Shown here: piece by piece, positions 1 through 14,562 of the stretch
Layout: each line of letters opens with the position of its first letter
Numbering within the stretch: the stretch's first letter is position 1
NCBI GenBank assembly: GCA_973895155.1
Contig: OZ316892.1
Coordinates: forward strand, 8,549,480 to 8,613,479
Length of the DNA: 64,000 nt
From: Marsupella aquatica
Lineage: Eukaryota > Plantae > Marchantiophyta
Reading direction: 5' to 3'
Translations under genes and position numbers: made by a program
Notes under the pieces: model-generated
What the model saw: the letters and a program-made list of their open reading frames with translations, nothing else
Told to the model about the DNA's origin: nothing
Databases searched by the model: none

Positions 1-3000
1 CTACCTCCTCTGTTTCCTCTGTTTTTTTTTAAAGGATATTAGGAAATTGTCAAGTACCGTGCAAAAGCAGCAGTGAACTAGGATAGAACGATTTTATCAC
101 GTACACACTGTTTCATTGACCTAAAATGCATGATTGCAAAATCTTCCCAGCCTCCCAGGTAAATTGTTGATTCTTTAAATAGACACAGAGGAGTAACGTG
201 GCAGACAAAGCAAATAAGGAGATGATCTTCAGGTTGCGATGACTCGTATTCTGAGATCGATCAATACAGAACCAAACTGGAACTTTGAATGAATTTCCGT
301 TCAACCCAGATTCACATTTTGTCAGTCTGTAATCGGGTCTGTAATTTATCTAGCTGTGGAAAATCTTCCAGAGAGCGGGAACAAACATTCCGTCCCAACA
401 TATTTGATCATCTGGAGTGCTCTTTGAAAGATATTGACTCCACTGTTTCTAGAACCGGTTGATAATTTCCTTTACAACTCTGTGCGTCAACAAATCCCAT
501 CCACTGGGTAGCTTTCTACGCTTGAATCTATGTAAGCTGTTTTGTACTCATTCATCTCGCCATTTTCTTTCCCACACAGAAGTAACTCTGAATCCCAGCA
601 GTGGCCAAATTTAGGACCAAATTGACTCGAAAGTTGTGGTACTATATAATGCTTCTAAGGTTAGCACAACCTGGATTCACATGATCAGGGTCACGAGCAA
701 CGAAAGTATTTAGATTGCGAAACACCTTAGAGAAGCCGGAAAAGAAAAACTCTGCGAGAATAGATTTCTGTTGTCTGAAGAAGAATACACTTGCATACCA
801 GCACTGTCGATCTTTCTTCCCGACTATCCAATTTGGCCTGCATTTAATTTCGTCAAGGCGAAATGAGAAGTAATGGCTGCTGACCTGCCTAGCATTCAGT
901 CATGTTGCTATGGGAACAATAAGGAAATATACGATCTTGTGGGTTTGAAATCTCTCCCTGGAAAATATAAGGGGTTGTCATATCCTGCCTTCACAAATTA
1001 CTTCGGAGATTGGCAGTACTAACGTAGCGTCCAGAAAAGTAACACCTCACAAATTTGGGATCTTGTTGAATTCTAGAAGTAATGAAATTTCCGCGTCAGT
1101 TGACAGAGGGAAAACTCAACAGACGAATATATTATCGGCAGAACTTAGCGAAATACCTGGAGGTTATGGTGTTTTACAGAAACTAAGAGTTTCGGATCAA
1201 TGTCTTCTGAGTTGGATGCAGATATTCAAAGACAGTGAGCTACCTTTTATCGTAGTCCTCTCGATCCCTTGTCTAAGGATGAGTTTTGCCTTCGTTGGTT
1301 TAGTTGTTCATCACAAACTGTCAATTTTTTTGCCTAAACCATAAACTTGGGATCTTGTTCACCTAGTTTCTTCAAGCATTGATCCTTTCGACTGCCCACA
1401 AAGAAGAACCAGGGCATCCTGATCAACTTGGTGTTCTCCTTCAATTTTACATACAGCACATTAAACTGTTACTACACGTTTTACCTTCATTTGCTATATT
1501 GGCCTTTTAAATGAGTGGAAGCAAGCTGCTGTATGTTATGTTCCAGTTCCAAAGGAAACTCTTGAAATCAGAACTGAAATGCCAGGTATCAAAATTCCTG
1601 GCCTGTAACGTACTGTATCTATACAAGCCTTCTCGTTGCTTGAAGCTACCTTCACATCTTCCAAAAGGATAAGAATTGTACTCGAATTCTGATAGAGTTA
1701 GACACCCTGTTTATATGATGAGTAGAAACCTCAGAACACAAGACTTCATCCGACTAGCAATGAGTGTTTGGCTCGAGTTGAACCATGAACTTTTTATCAA
1801 AACACATTTGGCTTTCTTTCGTTGATTTTGGTTCAAGAATGTTCTCAAGTTTATCCTAATTGCAGTTAAAGAGCAAGAAAGGATCTACTCATGGTGCAGT
1901 TCAGACAGATATCTTTTCGTGCTGAGCGCTTTCCCTTTTTTCCGTGGGATTTGCTTGAAGTAGTCACGGGATACTTGAGCCCGACTACAGAAACCTGAGT
2001 GTCGTACATTGGTTGAAGAAATCGTAGAGATGGACGCAACACTTGAATTGTGATGGGTGTGAAAACTGTCACTACTGACTTCGAACCTAAGTTCATTCTT
2101 TGCTCGCTTGTAGGACAATTTCTGGGCCCTGTTTATCTCGTAAAACAAATTGGTGAGCTTGAAGGAAGATTATGTGTTTCTTTCTATCCAAAACCTTGAC
2201 TATTGGATATCTTGAAATCGTAACCTAGTGCTTTTTTACCAAAACCCTTCCTACGTAGCTGAATAAATCAATGAAGAAACTGCATATTTAAGCTTAAGTT
2301 TTCCGCTTATCCTGTTTTTGTGTTGGTTTTCAAATGACTCTGACTGTTGGAAACCTTTCAGAACAAGTCAGTCTTTCCTTTGTGGAACATGATTCAGCAG
2401 TGCATCCAATGAATGTATGCCTTGTTTACACAAGAGTTCATTGTAATCCATGCTGTTAGCCCCTGAAACTCTATATATCTAGAAACAAGTGTGGAGTCTG
2501 TAGGCGCCATAGACAGTTTTATTTTTAAAATTTTTTTCAGATAAAAGGACTGGTGGCGGACAAATGAGTTCAAAGTCTGCGGGGGCAAAGACCCTTGGGG
2601 CACAAGGAGTACCGAACCCGTACCGGTGGCTGACTCTGCAATGCTGCAGGTCAGCTTTGGAAAGTCTCCAGTCACCGTGTAAAAGCCTTGGGCCGGGAAT
2701 GGGCCACGGTCAGCCTCCTAGGAACACGCATCCCATGATCAGTATTATCGGGAAAAAATGTGGGTGCATGAGAGGGATTGAGCCCAGCTTAAATCCTATC
2801 CCAATATGCTCGACGAGCAGCATGAAGAAGTGTAGGGTAAGCCTTGATGAGCTAGCTATAGACATTCATGAGCCCGTGTCTATTTTAATGAATGATTGAT
2901 GGATTGATTGTCAACAACCGCCATGCAGGTATGAGTTTACTGGTTAAATAAATTTGGAGGGTTTTCCCTTGCTGCAACTTTTTGAACAATCGGTTCCATG

Positions 3001-6000
3001 GCTTTCCTTCATTAACAAAACTGGAGGGGTTTTCCTTGCCTGAACTTTCTCATCGGCCAGTTGCACAAATAAAAACTCTGGAGTGGGGTTTCCCTCGCCT
3101 TTATCCCCAAGGAAAACATGTACCAAAGAAAAAACCAGCCATCCTGCAATTGAGCTTGGAGACAGGACCGAGACGGTCTTCATTTATTGCAGTCCACCAG
3201 AAGTGTCACTAAGACCTTGTTGGTTTTTTTGGTTAGTGGATCTATATATGAGCTGTTGTATAACTCATTGACTGCATACATGATAAATTCCTGGATTCTC
3301 CAAGATCCAATGATTAGCATTCAAGGGTGCATATGTCAGGAGATACTAAAAACCCAGTAACCATTGGGTTTGCTTTTTGACATATCATCTTTGCTATATA
3401 CAACAACCTGAAAAAGATAACCTTTTATGCTATATTTGATAACCTTTGATGCTTTATTTGATTGATGTTACAGTAAGAAAATAGCCTACATAGTTGGAGA
3501 TGCTCTAATGGTGCTAAGATTCTGCATTATGCATGGGTGCCCTTTAAAATTGTGTGTGAAGGGTTGACCACCCATTCAATCATTTTAAGACATGCATGAA
3601 GTAAACTTTCCTCCCAAGATAGGTTCACACTTGTGTATACATACATTCAAAGATGCTTCAAGGTTTTGGAACGGTTTGCAACTCTGCATGAACAAAGGCC
3701 CTTGAAGCGTGTGACAATAATTGAGAGTCCATAGGAAAACTACTGTAGAGACCTGGGCAAAGATTATTAAATTCACTTTCTCGTCAGCACTCCCCTAGAG
3801 AAAAAATCCTTCACCCAAATTTTTGTCTGAGAATCCCAGTACATGCTGTCATTCTGTCCTTTCTCGTGTTTCTTTTCGTTTTTTCGATTTGCCTGTCCTC
3901 GTGACATAAATGAGACTAACTAACCGAAAAAACCTGAAAATTGAGGAGAAGCTATTAGAAAATAATATCAATGTAGCAGGTGAGAATATTGCGAGCTTGT
4001 AGGCACAAATCTCGGCATGGGATCCAGGTAAAGCCATTTTACACTAAAATGTTAAAAAGTTAAAGATGAGCTTGTTGTAGTCCCGGTTGTAGTGAATAAA
4101 ATATGTACAGTGTGATAAAATTTGGAGATTATAAACTCAATCAATGAAATAAATGATGTTGTTATAATGCTAAAAATTGGATTAATAAACCACTGTCTAA
4201 TGTTCTGCATAATGTTCTTACACAAAAATTTAGAAGTCCTTCACTTAAGTCAAGAAAAAAATCATATACTTATTCTCGTGTGGTGGATGACAAGACAATA
4301 ACCGAGAACCGTCCGCCTGACCCGGGAGTCCAAAACATTATTGCACCACCACCAACCAGAGAAAAATCCTGGGCCACCAGGAAGTCCTTAAGTATGTCTT
4401 AGTCAGACACCTAGACATTGCCATGTCATAGAGTGAGTTAAGAGAGTAAACCGGTCCATGATATGATAGCATACTAAGGAGGAAGAGGAGAAAACTCTTT
4501 CTGACTTTGTGATCTGACTATGAAAAATGCTTTGAGCCAACTCCAATAATTGTAGGAATCACATTCGATCCAAAATATTTTATCAATGATGTTTCCCTGG
4601 TTGTAACAAAACATTTAAAAACCTAGGAGCTACAAGGAGGGCTAAAAGAGAGTGTTGGAAACTCAAGGCAAGATAATTTTCTAGAATTTTTACTCTTTAT
4701 CAACTTAAGAGGTGGCTTAACTCTGAAATAGATGATCTACTTTGGAATAATATTGATACAAATTTGTGAAATCAAATCAGAATCACATCTGGTATTCCCA
4801 AATATACACTCAGTGAATCCCCCAGGAAATTTGGTTTAGAGCACTGCTAGTTTACAAAATGAGTCACAATGGGGACTTCACATAGGAGTTATTCAACAAG
4901 GTCCAATGGAATTCCAATCCAAACGTTTCCTACATGTAGCATTCTTAAGCATGGATGGAATCTTCAAAATCGTACGTTTTGATTCCAATAATACACCATT
5001 TAGAACAAAACTTAAAATCTAAAACTTGACTCTCACACAAAGAGCATTGTGTGAACCTATCCAAGCTTCAACGTTTGAATTGTGGTATCCCATCAGAGCT
5101 GCTCAAGGATTATATGAATGGACATCTCATCATGTGAGCTTGTGTCACAAAAAAAGCAAAAAGAAGATACTCTCGCTGCCTTGACAATAGTTGACATCCC
5201 TATGTTGACAATTAAATTGGTTCACTGTCGCTCGTTGAGCATACTCTCAAGTAAGGGGTGGGAATCTCATTTGGGCTTTATGATGGCAAAGAAGCAAAAG
5301 GAAGATCGGGAGGAAGATCTTCAAATAACACACGTAATTCTGCTGGAGCTGGACTCTGGTTTACATTTCCGTTTGATTGATCATAAGCAGAGGTTCTAGA
5401 ATACGTACCATATTGGTACCTTGTTTTGCAATTCTTAATGGCAAAAAGTTATTTTCACTTGCTTCCAGACTTTCACAGGTGGCCATTAATTAAAACTATT
5501 CCTAGCCAAAAAGTTTTCTCAGTCTAGTTTTTCCAGTGTTTGGGTGATATATACAAAAACATGTGTTGGACACTTATTGCAACTAAAGATACAACTATCT
5601 GGCCATTTAGTCGCATGTGAAGTTTTTCCGGTTATTCTGTCTGGAATTGATTTACTCCCCATTCTCCCGTTTACTTATGTGGAAGCAACCATCTTTTCCT
5701 CATATTGGGAGAGCAGTGTGAGAGCCTACTTCTCTCCCTTCCCTTGAAGGAGAAGCAGTTTTGGACATAAAATTTCTAACAACTGCATGCAAGTTGTTGA
5801 ATTTCTCTTGAATTTCTCTAGATTGAAGGAGAACCATTAAATCCCCTCTAAAGGTAGATAAAAAATTGGCTAGTTTGGGGGGGGGGGGGGGCTCTGTTTT
5901 TATCTTACTTCTGTGCCAGTCAAAGCACTTTCTATTTTGTGAGATGACAAGCCATGTCATTCTTATCCTACAGGTGACACAGAGTTCCAGGTAAGATTTA

Positions 6001-6559
6001 GAGAAATTCTGTTTTGTTACTCTAAGGTGTAAATTAATCTTTTCCAAGTATTTTGCTGTCATTAAGCCTACTTTGGGATAAGGTACTAAATCGAACCAAG
6101 CTTTTGGTAGTCGATGAAAACTTTCCACAAAAACTCCTCCAGGTAGTACTTTATGCCTAAATTCTTTACCTAAAACTCCTTCAGGTATTACAATACAAAG
6201 GAGGAGTTTTAGGGAAAGTTTTACCAAATTTAGGGATTAAAAACTCCTTCAGGTACGTATTACTTTATTTTAATGCCTAAATCTTTTTAAATACATTTTG
6301 ATTCACAACAATCATATTGACTCTGACAACAGCTTCATTTATTTTGGTGTTGTGGCAGTCAGGTTAAATGATATTTAGCCCCAACCAACTTCACACCACT
6401 GTAGATTACAATATGGGGAAATAAACAATAATCCACTAGAAAGTCAAAGTTGGACATGTTTCCCAAATAAAGATCCAGCACCCACAAATAAAACCCAATC
6501 CTAGGTGAGAATCCTACACTTTACAAAGAATAGGCTGGACACAACTTTTTGCATTTTAG

Positions 6560-7080
6560 ATAGTGGGTACGGTCAACACGCACTTACAGTAAGGCTTTCC
6601 AGTAAACTAAGGGTTGGAGATGCTCTTCGCCAAAGATTAGCCTAGACAAGAATGGCTCATGGGTTAGTTAGTGGGTACGGTCAACGCCCAGTTACACTCA
6701 GGCTTTGCAGTAAGAGGGGAGATGCTCTAAGACCAAAATTTCGCCTTGAAAAGAATGGGTGATAGACAGTATGGTACTAAGCAATCATGACTGACAAGAA
6801 TGGCGTGGCCAGAGCTAGAAAGAGTGAAAGGACCAAATGGTGGAAGACCATACATATCTCTAGACACGCCTTAAACTTCGTCTTTGACTGACTGGGGTTG
6901 GACATGCTCTTGGGGCAAAACTTGGCCTAGAAAACAATGGCTGATAGGCAGGATAGTGCTAAAGCAATCATAACTGGCATGAATGGCCTGGCCAGAGCTA
7001 GAAAGAGTGAAAGACCCAACTGGTGAAGGACCATAGATGTCTCTCGAGATCCTTTAAAGTTCGTGCCTGACTGACTGACT
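6560..7080. repeat. Compound local tandem duplication (about 110-bp unit x2 overlapping an about 185-bp unit x2)
   Basis: TAGTGGGTACGGTCAAC at ~6560 and ~6669; GGCCAGAGCTAGAAAGAGTGAAAG at ~6807 and ~6990; units contain (GTT)GGAGATGCTCT-like motifs at ~6613, ~6718, ~6897. Confidence 0.8.
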
Positions 7081-10000
7081 GACGGACGGACTTACAACTC
7101 ATGATCATCAATTCATTTGCATGCAGGGTCATTTGGTCTAGCCCAGCCCAGCTCCCAGGCCTAAAACTCCACCAATTTCCCACACACTCTTTGATCGGAT
7201 CATATATAGAGAGCAATGTAGCTGCTATAGATACAATCATAAGCTTTTGTGCTCTCCCCTTTATTGGGTGTCTGACCTCTGGGATCCCGTCTATTCGTTT
7301 GACGCGTTTTGTTCTTTAGCACTGTGGTACATTCTAAGATGTACGGTACTTTTTAGAGCATAAACAACTATTTAACTCACAAAAATGAACACTGCAGATA
7401 CTGTCCTCCACATTCAAGAGACCTAAACTCTTTTCCTGTTGCAAGGAAAAACTTTCGCATTTTGCAAACCCCCACCTATAGTATGTGACGATGGCAGCTG
7501 CTGCTTCTGTGACTTGGATGAGATCATTTGACCTTTGAAAGGGAGTTTGAACAGCTTCTCGGGACAGAAGTCAAGACACAACGTGGTCGAGGATCCCTCT
7601 GTGTCAGAGATAATCCTCATGAAACCTGATCAACAACAAAACTGATCGGATTGAACCGACACACAGACTGCAAACCTGCCAAAAGCAATCTTGAGAAAAG
7701 GTCAAGGAAGGATCCTTACTCCTTTTCACCAATGTGACCTTTCTGTCTAGATTTGAACATAATTGGGTATTTCAGGTGTAGTAATCTCTGGTCTCGAATG
7801 GACAGAATGTTGCTGCTGCTGTTGGTGTTCAAGAGATGTTGTCTAAGTACATAATTATATATATATCTCATGATCATAACAGTATTAAGTCTGAGTTGGA
7901 CCCAAAGAGATCGTAACTGGGCCACTATGGCACCATAGCTGCTATATGCATATGCTACAGTACCGAATGGATACATTTCTTCAATTGATGTTTTCGAGGC
8001 AAAAGCAAAAGAAGAGATCGTAGCATAGGTCAAGGTATATACTGTCAACTTGACGGTGAATTCAATCGATGATAGTGCTGATTGACAGTCAGAACCTACT
8101 ATGGACCGACAATCAAGCACAGAGCTGGCCTCGTGTTTGTCAAGGCTTTTCAGAAGCTGCACGAGGATTAATCTGTTCACTGGTTGGGATGGTCCTGGTT
8201 TCCAGTACAGGGTGCATATCGTAGCACATGTTGTGGTTCACTCGTGCCGGAGGACTATTGATTGCGCCTAAAGGCTCCTATTATACAAAAAGCAGATCGA
8301 TGGGCACATAGGTGAATGTGATCGGCCATCCACATGGGTCTCGACTCACCGATTTGTTTCCTCTGCTGTAGTTTGATTTTGAAAAGAGCTCAAGTCCTTT
8401 CCGGGACGGTGAGAAGAGGACAAATTGAGACCCTGACTGGAGGTATTTTACCTTAGGTTCACTTTCTGATTGAATGGAATTATGCGGAGCCCTTTAGTCC
8501 GAGTTGCTCATCGTTTTCTTGGGGTCAGCTGGAAGGAAATTTGACGTTTTATCTCATTAATATTAGATCAATGCCTGAGCCAAAGTAGACAGGACCCAAT
8601 AGGAACTTTGAATGTATTTCCATTGAACCCAGAAATTATTCATGGTTGTACTGCCTTATTCATGCTACCTCTTGTGTTGAATAGTAGAACGCCAGAATCG
8701 CCGGTCGAGAACTATATGTTCCTATGCAGTAGTAAAGAGCATCAGCATAATGAAAAAAACTAGAAAAACATGGAGTAAAAGTGGGAAGACTTGAGACGCT
8801 GGCAGGGATCTATCCAAAAGGCTCGGAGCCTCGGACTCTGCTCCAGATGATGGTGCTCGTGCACCGAAAGACTCGCGGTTGCCAGACTGATCATTCCGCA
8901 GAATGGGGCCAGGATGCAACGGAGGGAGGCCGCAAGTGCAGGGAGCAGTAACAGCAGGAAGGGGTCGATGCGTCTCATTTGGGAAGCCTACAGAAACCGT
9001 TGCTCGTTTGATTGATAGCTTGCTACTGTGCTGTAGATACTGTAGCGACAGAATGTCAACAGCAGCTCAGTACTGAACTCAGTAACTCAGAAATCGCTCT
9101 GCCCATTCTCAAAGGTAAGTATAAGTACAAGGGCTGAGTACCATGGCTGAGTACCACTACCACAGCCTTACCGGTCCAAGAGACGACAAGAATGCCGCAG
9201 TCTCGAGGATAATTATGCATCAGTGTTGACATTAATTTGACAGCGTACCTCTCGCGATGAGACGATGATGAGATGATCGGTGGTTTCAACTTTCAAACGA
9301 CAGGAGAATTTGAAATTTGAATCAATGGAAGGCTTAATAAGAAGTCGATTGTGAAGTCAGAGGGCAGAGGGATCCAAAAGTCAAAAGTCCACTTGTTATT
9401 ATAAGATTTCCTGAAAAATTCCTCAAATCGCAGTCAGATCTGGGAGTTCACACCTGAAGAGGGCTGCCGACCGGATGAAGAGGAAGAGCACGATTTTTAG
9501 GACACAAAGCCTTCAATTAAGCGCTGGTCAACCTGGAGGATTGGATGGTTGGATGGGGTGGAGCTTATTTAACCAGTCGACAAGTTGGGTTGCGGAAGAG
9601 ATTCGGCCGCATTAATCATAACCCCGATTGACAACTGTACTGGGTAAACAGCTCAGGGGAAGGCGGAGAACTGGAGAATTGATTCGTGGAGACGTCAGCG
9701 TAACAAAAGAAAGATCTCTCAAGGCTTCGGGCTGGCAGCTGTAATGCTCTGAGTTTTATAAGTTGTAGTCAAATTTCTTACGAAGCAAAAAAGAAAGAAC
9801 GATAGAGTCACAAACAATTAGTCACGATGCATAGCCGTCTCCTACTTTTCTTGACTGACGGTGTAGAACTTGTTTGTGAAATCTAACTCAGCACGGTCTC
9901 TCTTATTATGAGAGCTGCAGTTCATGGTTGTCAACTGTTGAGACACTACCGCAGCCCAGGGGAAGACTTCTCTGATCAGGGTCCACAAAGGCGTCCGACA

Positions 10001-12223
10001 AAGGCAAATATCCAGCATCTCCATCGCCACTTTCGGTCTGTTCACAAGTACTGTAGAGTTGGTACCATTACGTCAGTTGCATTCAGGATGGCTGGCTATC
10101 CTTTGTTTACTTCCCGTTTGTCTACCTGCTTACAGGGGACCCGCCAAGCTCAGTCACTGCTGGCGCTGCTCTCCTGTAGTGCTCTTGTTGTTATCTGCTG
10201 GCTTTACTCGCTTAACCAAAATTCCAATACCAAGAGTCCAATCATTCGAATTACTTCTCATTGGACTTACGGTCTGCTGCCTATCTGTCAAATGTCTGAA
10301 GTTAAGCTAACAAGATACTTCTTGTTTAGCGCTGTATGTTAGAGCAGCATCCCAACTGCAATTGGGTTACGTAGCAGCTTTCGTTCATGTTCTTCAGATC
10401 TTTCTCCTTCTCGCCTTGAATTTTTTTTCAGATACTCAGTATCATTGAAACTGAACTGGGTACAATAGAGGACACAGAAATGGCAACCAACATTCCAACC
10501 TCATTGATTGACTAACTGCTTACTTGTACGCAACCGTAAGTTTTAAGTTCATTGGATTGTCAATTCGTCACTTCCGTACTCACCCACCTTGCTTGCTTTC
10601 GAGGAACTTGACATAATTTCGCTCGCTTGCTTGCTTACTTTCTTGGAACTCCAGGACAACAAAAAAAATCAGACAAGTCTGACTGTGTCTCGTCCCATGG
10701 GACAAGATTGATGAACGAAGAAGCGCAACGTAGCGTTCGCGTACCCCATCATTCTCTATGGTATCTCACTTTCGCTGCCCGTCATTGGGCCTAGCGTGGG
10801 AATCTAGACTATGCATGCATGATCTTACTGACCACAGAACCGCCTTCCAACAGTATGTCACAGAATTCAATACTGTGCCAGCCTCTTAGACTTGAAAATT
10901 CCGCTCAATTACACTACGAGGTGAAACAGCATGTAGATAAGTGGAATACCGTGTCATCTCTCCTCTGTCAAGTTTAGCAATTCAAATATTTCTTTGAATT
11001 CCTCTCTTTTGTGGATCCGGTAGGGGATGATTGTGCTGTGCAGACTAGCCCAATCTAGACCAATCTGCGCAAGACGAGGACGGCGGCGGCCAAGTGTTCA
11101 GTCCTTTACTGTAGACTGCACTGATGGATGAGAGCTTCTGCAGGAGTGCAGGCCGGCAGGCCCTCCCCTCTGACGATAATTATGATGATGCTGGGTGAAG
11201 TCAAGTAACACAGTAGTCTGTCGTTGGTTCAATATGCACAGTGGTTCCTCAACTTCAGTTCCCATCCACCCCGATTCGAAAGACCAGGAGCATGATTACC
11301 CAAGAAAAATTAGTAGAGTAACCGAATGTAGTTGAACGAATTCCCTCCTCTCCTGCCATGAGCACTCGCAGTGATTGTGTAAGCTTGTTCCGATCGGTTA
11401 ATGGAAGCAATGTTATTTTGCAGTTTTTACCATTGCATCCCTCATAGCTGGTAGTCCACGATGTCTGTCGTCTACAGTCCACGAGTCGGTAGATCAAAAC
11501 AGAGAACTGCAAAAATTGCATTAATGTTTTCGAGCCAAAACAAAGGCAGAGTGAATGGAACTCAATGAAATCTTTCAAGGCAAAAACAAAGGCAGAGTAT
11601 CCAAATGCACTAGAACAGATAACATAGTTCATCCATTTTATCTAGCATTAACATACTCCTTTTAGGCCAACTCAGCAGAATGCACTTGAATTCACAAATT
11701 AGGTCATCGATTTATGTGTAGTGTGTACTTTGAATATCACAAAGTCATCAGAAATCTGGAGAGAAAGTTGAGCAATTCTTCAAATGCAGCTCAGCCCACT
11801 AGGCATTGGCCTACCGTGCAAGCTACCGGCGACGTTTGCGTGCAATGTGCATGTGCGTCAACGAGGAGCTTTTCCCGTCGTCACAATTATTGTCCATCAC
11901 TTTGCTTTCTTTGGGTTAACTGGCATCCTTATTATAATAAAGGAGATGTGACTGAAGAAACGAGACGCATTTTTATACTTTTCTTGGAATTGACCTATGA
12001 ATCTATGAATCGATGAGACGGCGCTCCTAAAACAGACCACAATCAAACTCCGCGTTCCCTTTAATTATGTCCATTTCCTGATTATTCACTGTGCAAATTC
12101 TGGACAGATCTCGTGAGAGAGAAGGAAGCTACACAAGCACCGCACTTTCCCTCCTCTCTCCAATGTCCTTCTTTAATCTGTCGAAAGCGCGTCGTTTCTG
12201 GGATTGTGATCGTTAGTATAGGG

Positions 12224-12470
12224 CGTGGCAAGGTTCCTGCTCACCAGCTTTACAGCAGCAGGGCGAGAAATGCGCCGACTTGTGGAGTCTAATAAGCCGA
12301 AAGACGATCGATCATGAGAGCCGTGAAAGTATTTCTGAGATTAAAATCGCCAACATGGGCGGTGGCATTGTGGCAAGGTTCCTGCTCACCAGCTTTACAG
12401 CACTAAGAGGACGAGAATCTCGCCGACTGCTGGAGGCTAAATGAGACGACCAAAGAATTCGATCATGAGC
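12224..12470. repeat. Tandem duplication, about 145-bp period
   Basis: GTGGCAAGGTTCCTGCTCACCAGCTTTACAGCA at ~12225 and ~12370, each followed by CGAGAA..CGCCGACT..TGGAG.CTAA..TCGATCATGAG. Confidence 0.8.
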
Positions 12471-14325
12471 CATGAAAGTCGAACAATGTCGGAGCATACA
12501 TTACGGCTCTAATAAGTTCAAAACCTCATCGATCTGCTGTCTATTGGATGGAATTCAAAATGATTTTTCAAGGCAAAAAAAAAGCTCATCGATCACACAA
12601 GCATCCATTATTAAGACTTCGTCGATGCTGCCAATAAGTCCGAGCAGCCCCCAAAAACCAACACGAGCTTCGGATCCCCACATCCCGGTATGAAGTTGCT
12701 TTTCATCAGTCTTTCTGTCTCCCAGCATTGCACTCGTGGCCTCGTGGGCTCGTGGCTGAGAAGAATGTTCATTCTTTTGCCCTCAACATTCAGCACACTT
12801 TGTCCTCAAGACTCATTTACTAGAATCCTTTGGGTCCCACTCCTCATTTATTGCAACAATTTGGGTCCACTCCACTCCTAGGTGTGCTACCGTATCTGTC
12901 AGCGTTTTCAACGTTTTTGTTTTTTGGGGAATGTCGGCGGGAGAAGATGCTAGGAATCTTCACTATAGGTGTTTACTTAATTATTTACTCACCCTTAGAT
13001 CTCCCTAGATTTAATGATGACCATTAGATTCAGCTAATGGGGTCTATGACCAGGTGGTAAACTGGCTAATATGATAGAAACAATATAGCATTTTCTTGCC
13101 AAAAGTGGCCAACACTTTTGGGGAGGTGGAATCTGCCATCTAAAAACTTCGCATCTAAAAATACACTGCTACCTATGTCTCTTTCCATAGGGACATCTCA
13201 AACCCATGTCACCTGATTCACCTGAACTCTACTTGTTATTTTTCTTTGGCCTTCTGGCGGTGACTTGCCTTCTTGGGGAACTTGTTCCCCCCATCTGTGG
13301 GGTTCATGCAGACTACATTATACTTTAAAATATATAAATAAATCATTGTAAAAAAAATGCCCGACCCCATTCTTGCTGAGGAGTCCATTGAAAGAGTGAG
13401 AAGTTTGTTTGGAATGAGTGTTGGGATGGGTGAACCCAGAAAACTAACGCGAGAGGGTTGTTTGTTGACTGGGGTTGAAAGACTTTAACCAAGGTGACCC
13501 CATCAACTCAATGCCATAACTGTTATGGGCTGAATGTCAATAGTGGGAACAGACACTCCACTGCCCAAAAACATTGCAGGAGCCAAAACATTACCTGGCG
13601 GGTTCATGGTCATAGTGCTGACAGCAGAGATGGCATCTCAAACCCCTCGGCTCTGGCTCTGGTCACGGTCGCGCAGAGGTTTTCCTGGTGGTGAACTTGC
13701 AAATAGGTGGTTTACCACTTGGACCTGTGACCTATGTCCAAAACTAATACTTTGGGGCTGGGAATTTTGTTGTGGCCCTTCAGGTTTGAGATGCCCTATG
13801 AGAGCATTCACCTCAGTTGCTATACAAGGGGGACGGCGGCAAATATATAAAGAGGTTCTGCTTGGAAATCCATTTTCTGACTCCCCACTGGAACTCAATA
13901 GGGTTCCACTCATGCCCCAGGCCAAGCAAAACTGGCACCCTCTGCACTATTTCTACCCTCCACTAGCACCACAGGAAGAAACAAGTCTTCCTGCCATGGG
14001 AAGTTGTTTCAGTAGGAGTGGGTGAGAAGTAATGTTGGGACTTGGATATGACAACCTACAGGAGTCAAGTTGGGCAATGTGTTTGTAGTCACAAAAACAC
14101 ACTGAAATGAGCTGTACTGTAGAATGATGGAGAAGATTGCAAGTTGGGAAGTAACTTGTCTGAGTCTCTCATTTGGAGAAGATTATGAGGTGAAAGGAAT
14201 GTGGCTGTGTTGTATGTGTTTTACTTGAGTTCGAAGGCTGGGGGGCCTCACTCCTAGGGAGGTCCCATATCACCCGCAAAGTTTCCAAGTAATAAACATC
14301 CTAACACTTAACAAAATAAAGCTCA

Positions 14326-14562
14326 GGGGGGTCACTATATGAAGGGTCATACATCACGTGCGACGGTTTGGGTCATTTATGACCCCCCTAAGTCACTTTC
14401 TAGAAAGTTGTACGGCACCAATCATGTGATGACACGTATGCATTTTGCAATTAAACAACCCTATATTTCCATAGAAGACTTAATAAGTCTTCCGCCAAAA
14501 CCATTTAAATGGCCCTATACTTCGTCGCACATGATATGCCACTTCCATGGAAGTGACCCCCC
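14326..14562. mobile_element. MITE-like element with about 40-bp imperfect terminal inverted repeats
   Basis: Left GGGGGGTCACTATATGAAGGGTCATACATCACGTGCGACG vs reverse complement of right end GGGGGTCACTTCCATGGAAGTGGCATATCATGTGCGACG; no clean TSD seen. Confidence 0.5.

Noticed and set aside
1547-1973. Possible terminal exons of an upstream + strand gene
   Set aside because: Splice sites are plausible but the frame and product could not be established.
5700-6227. 175-aa ORF
   Set aside because: Non-ATG start, runs through short AAAACTCCTTCAGGTA repeats and a G-run; no motif.
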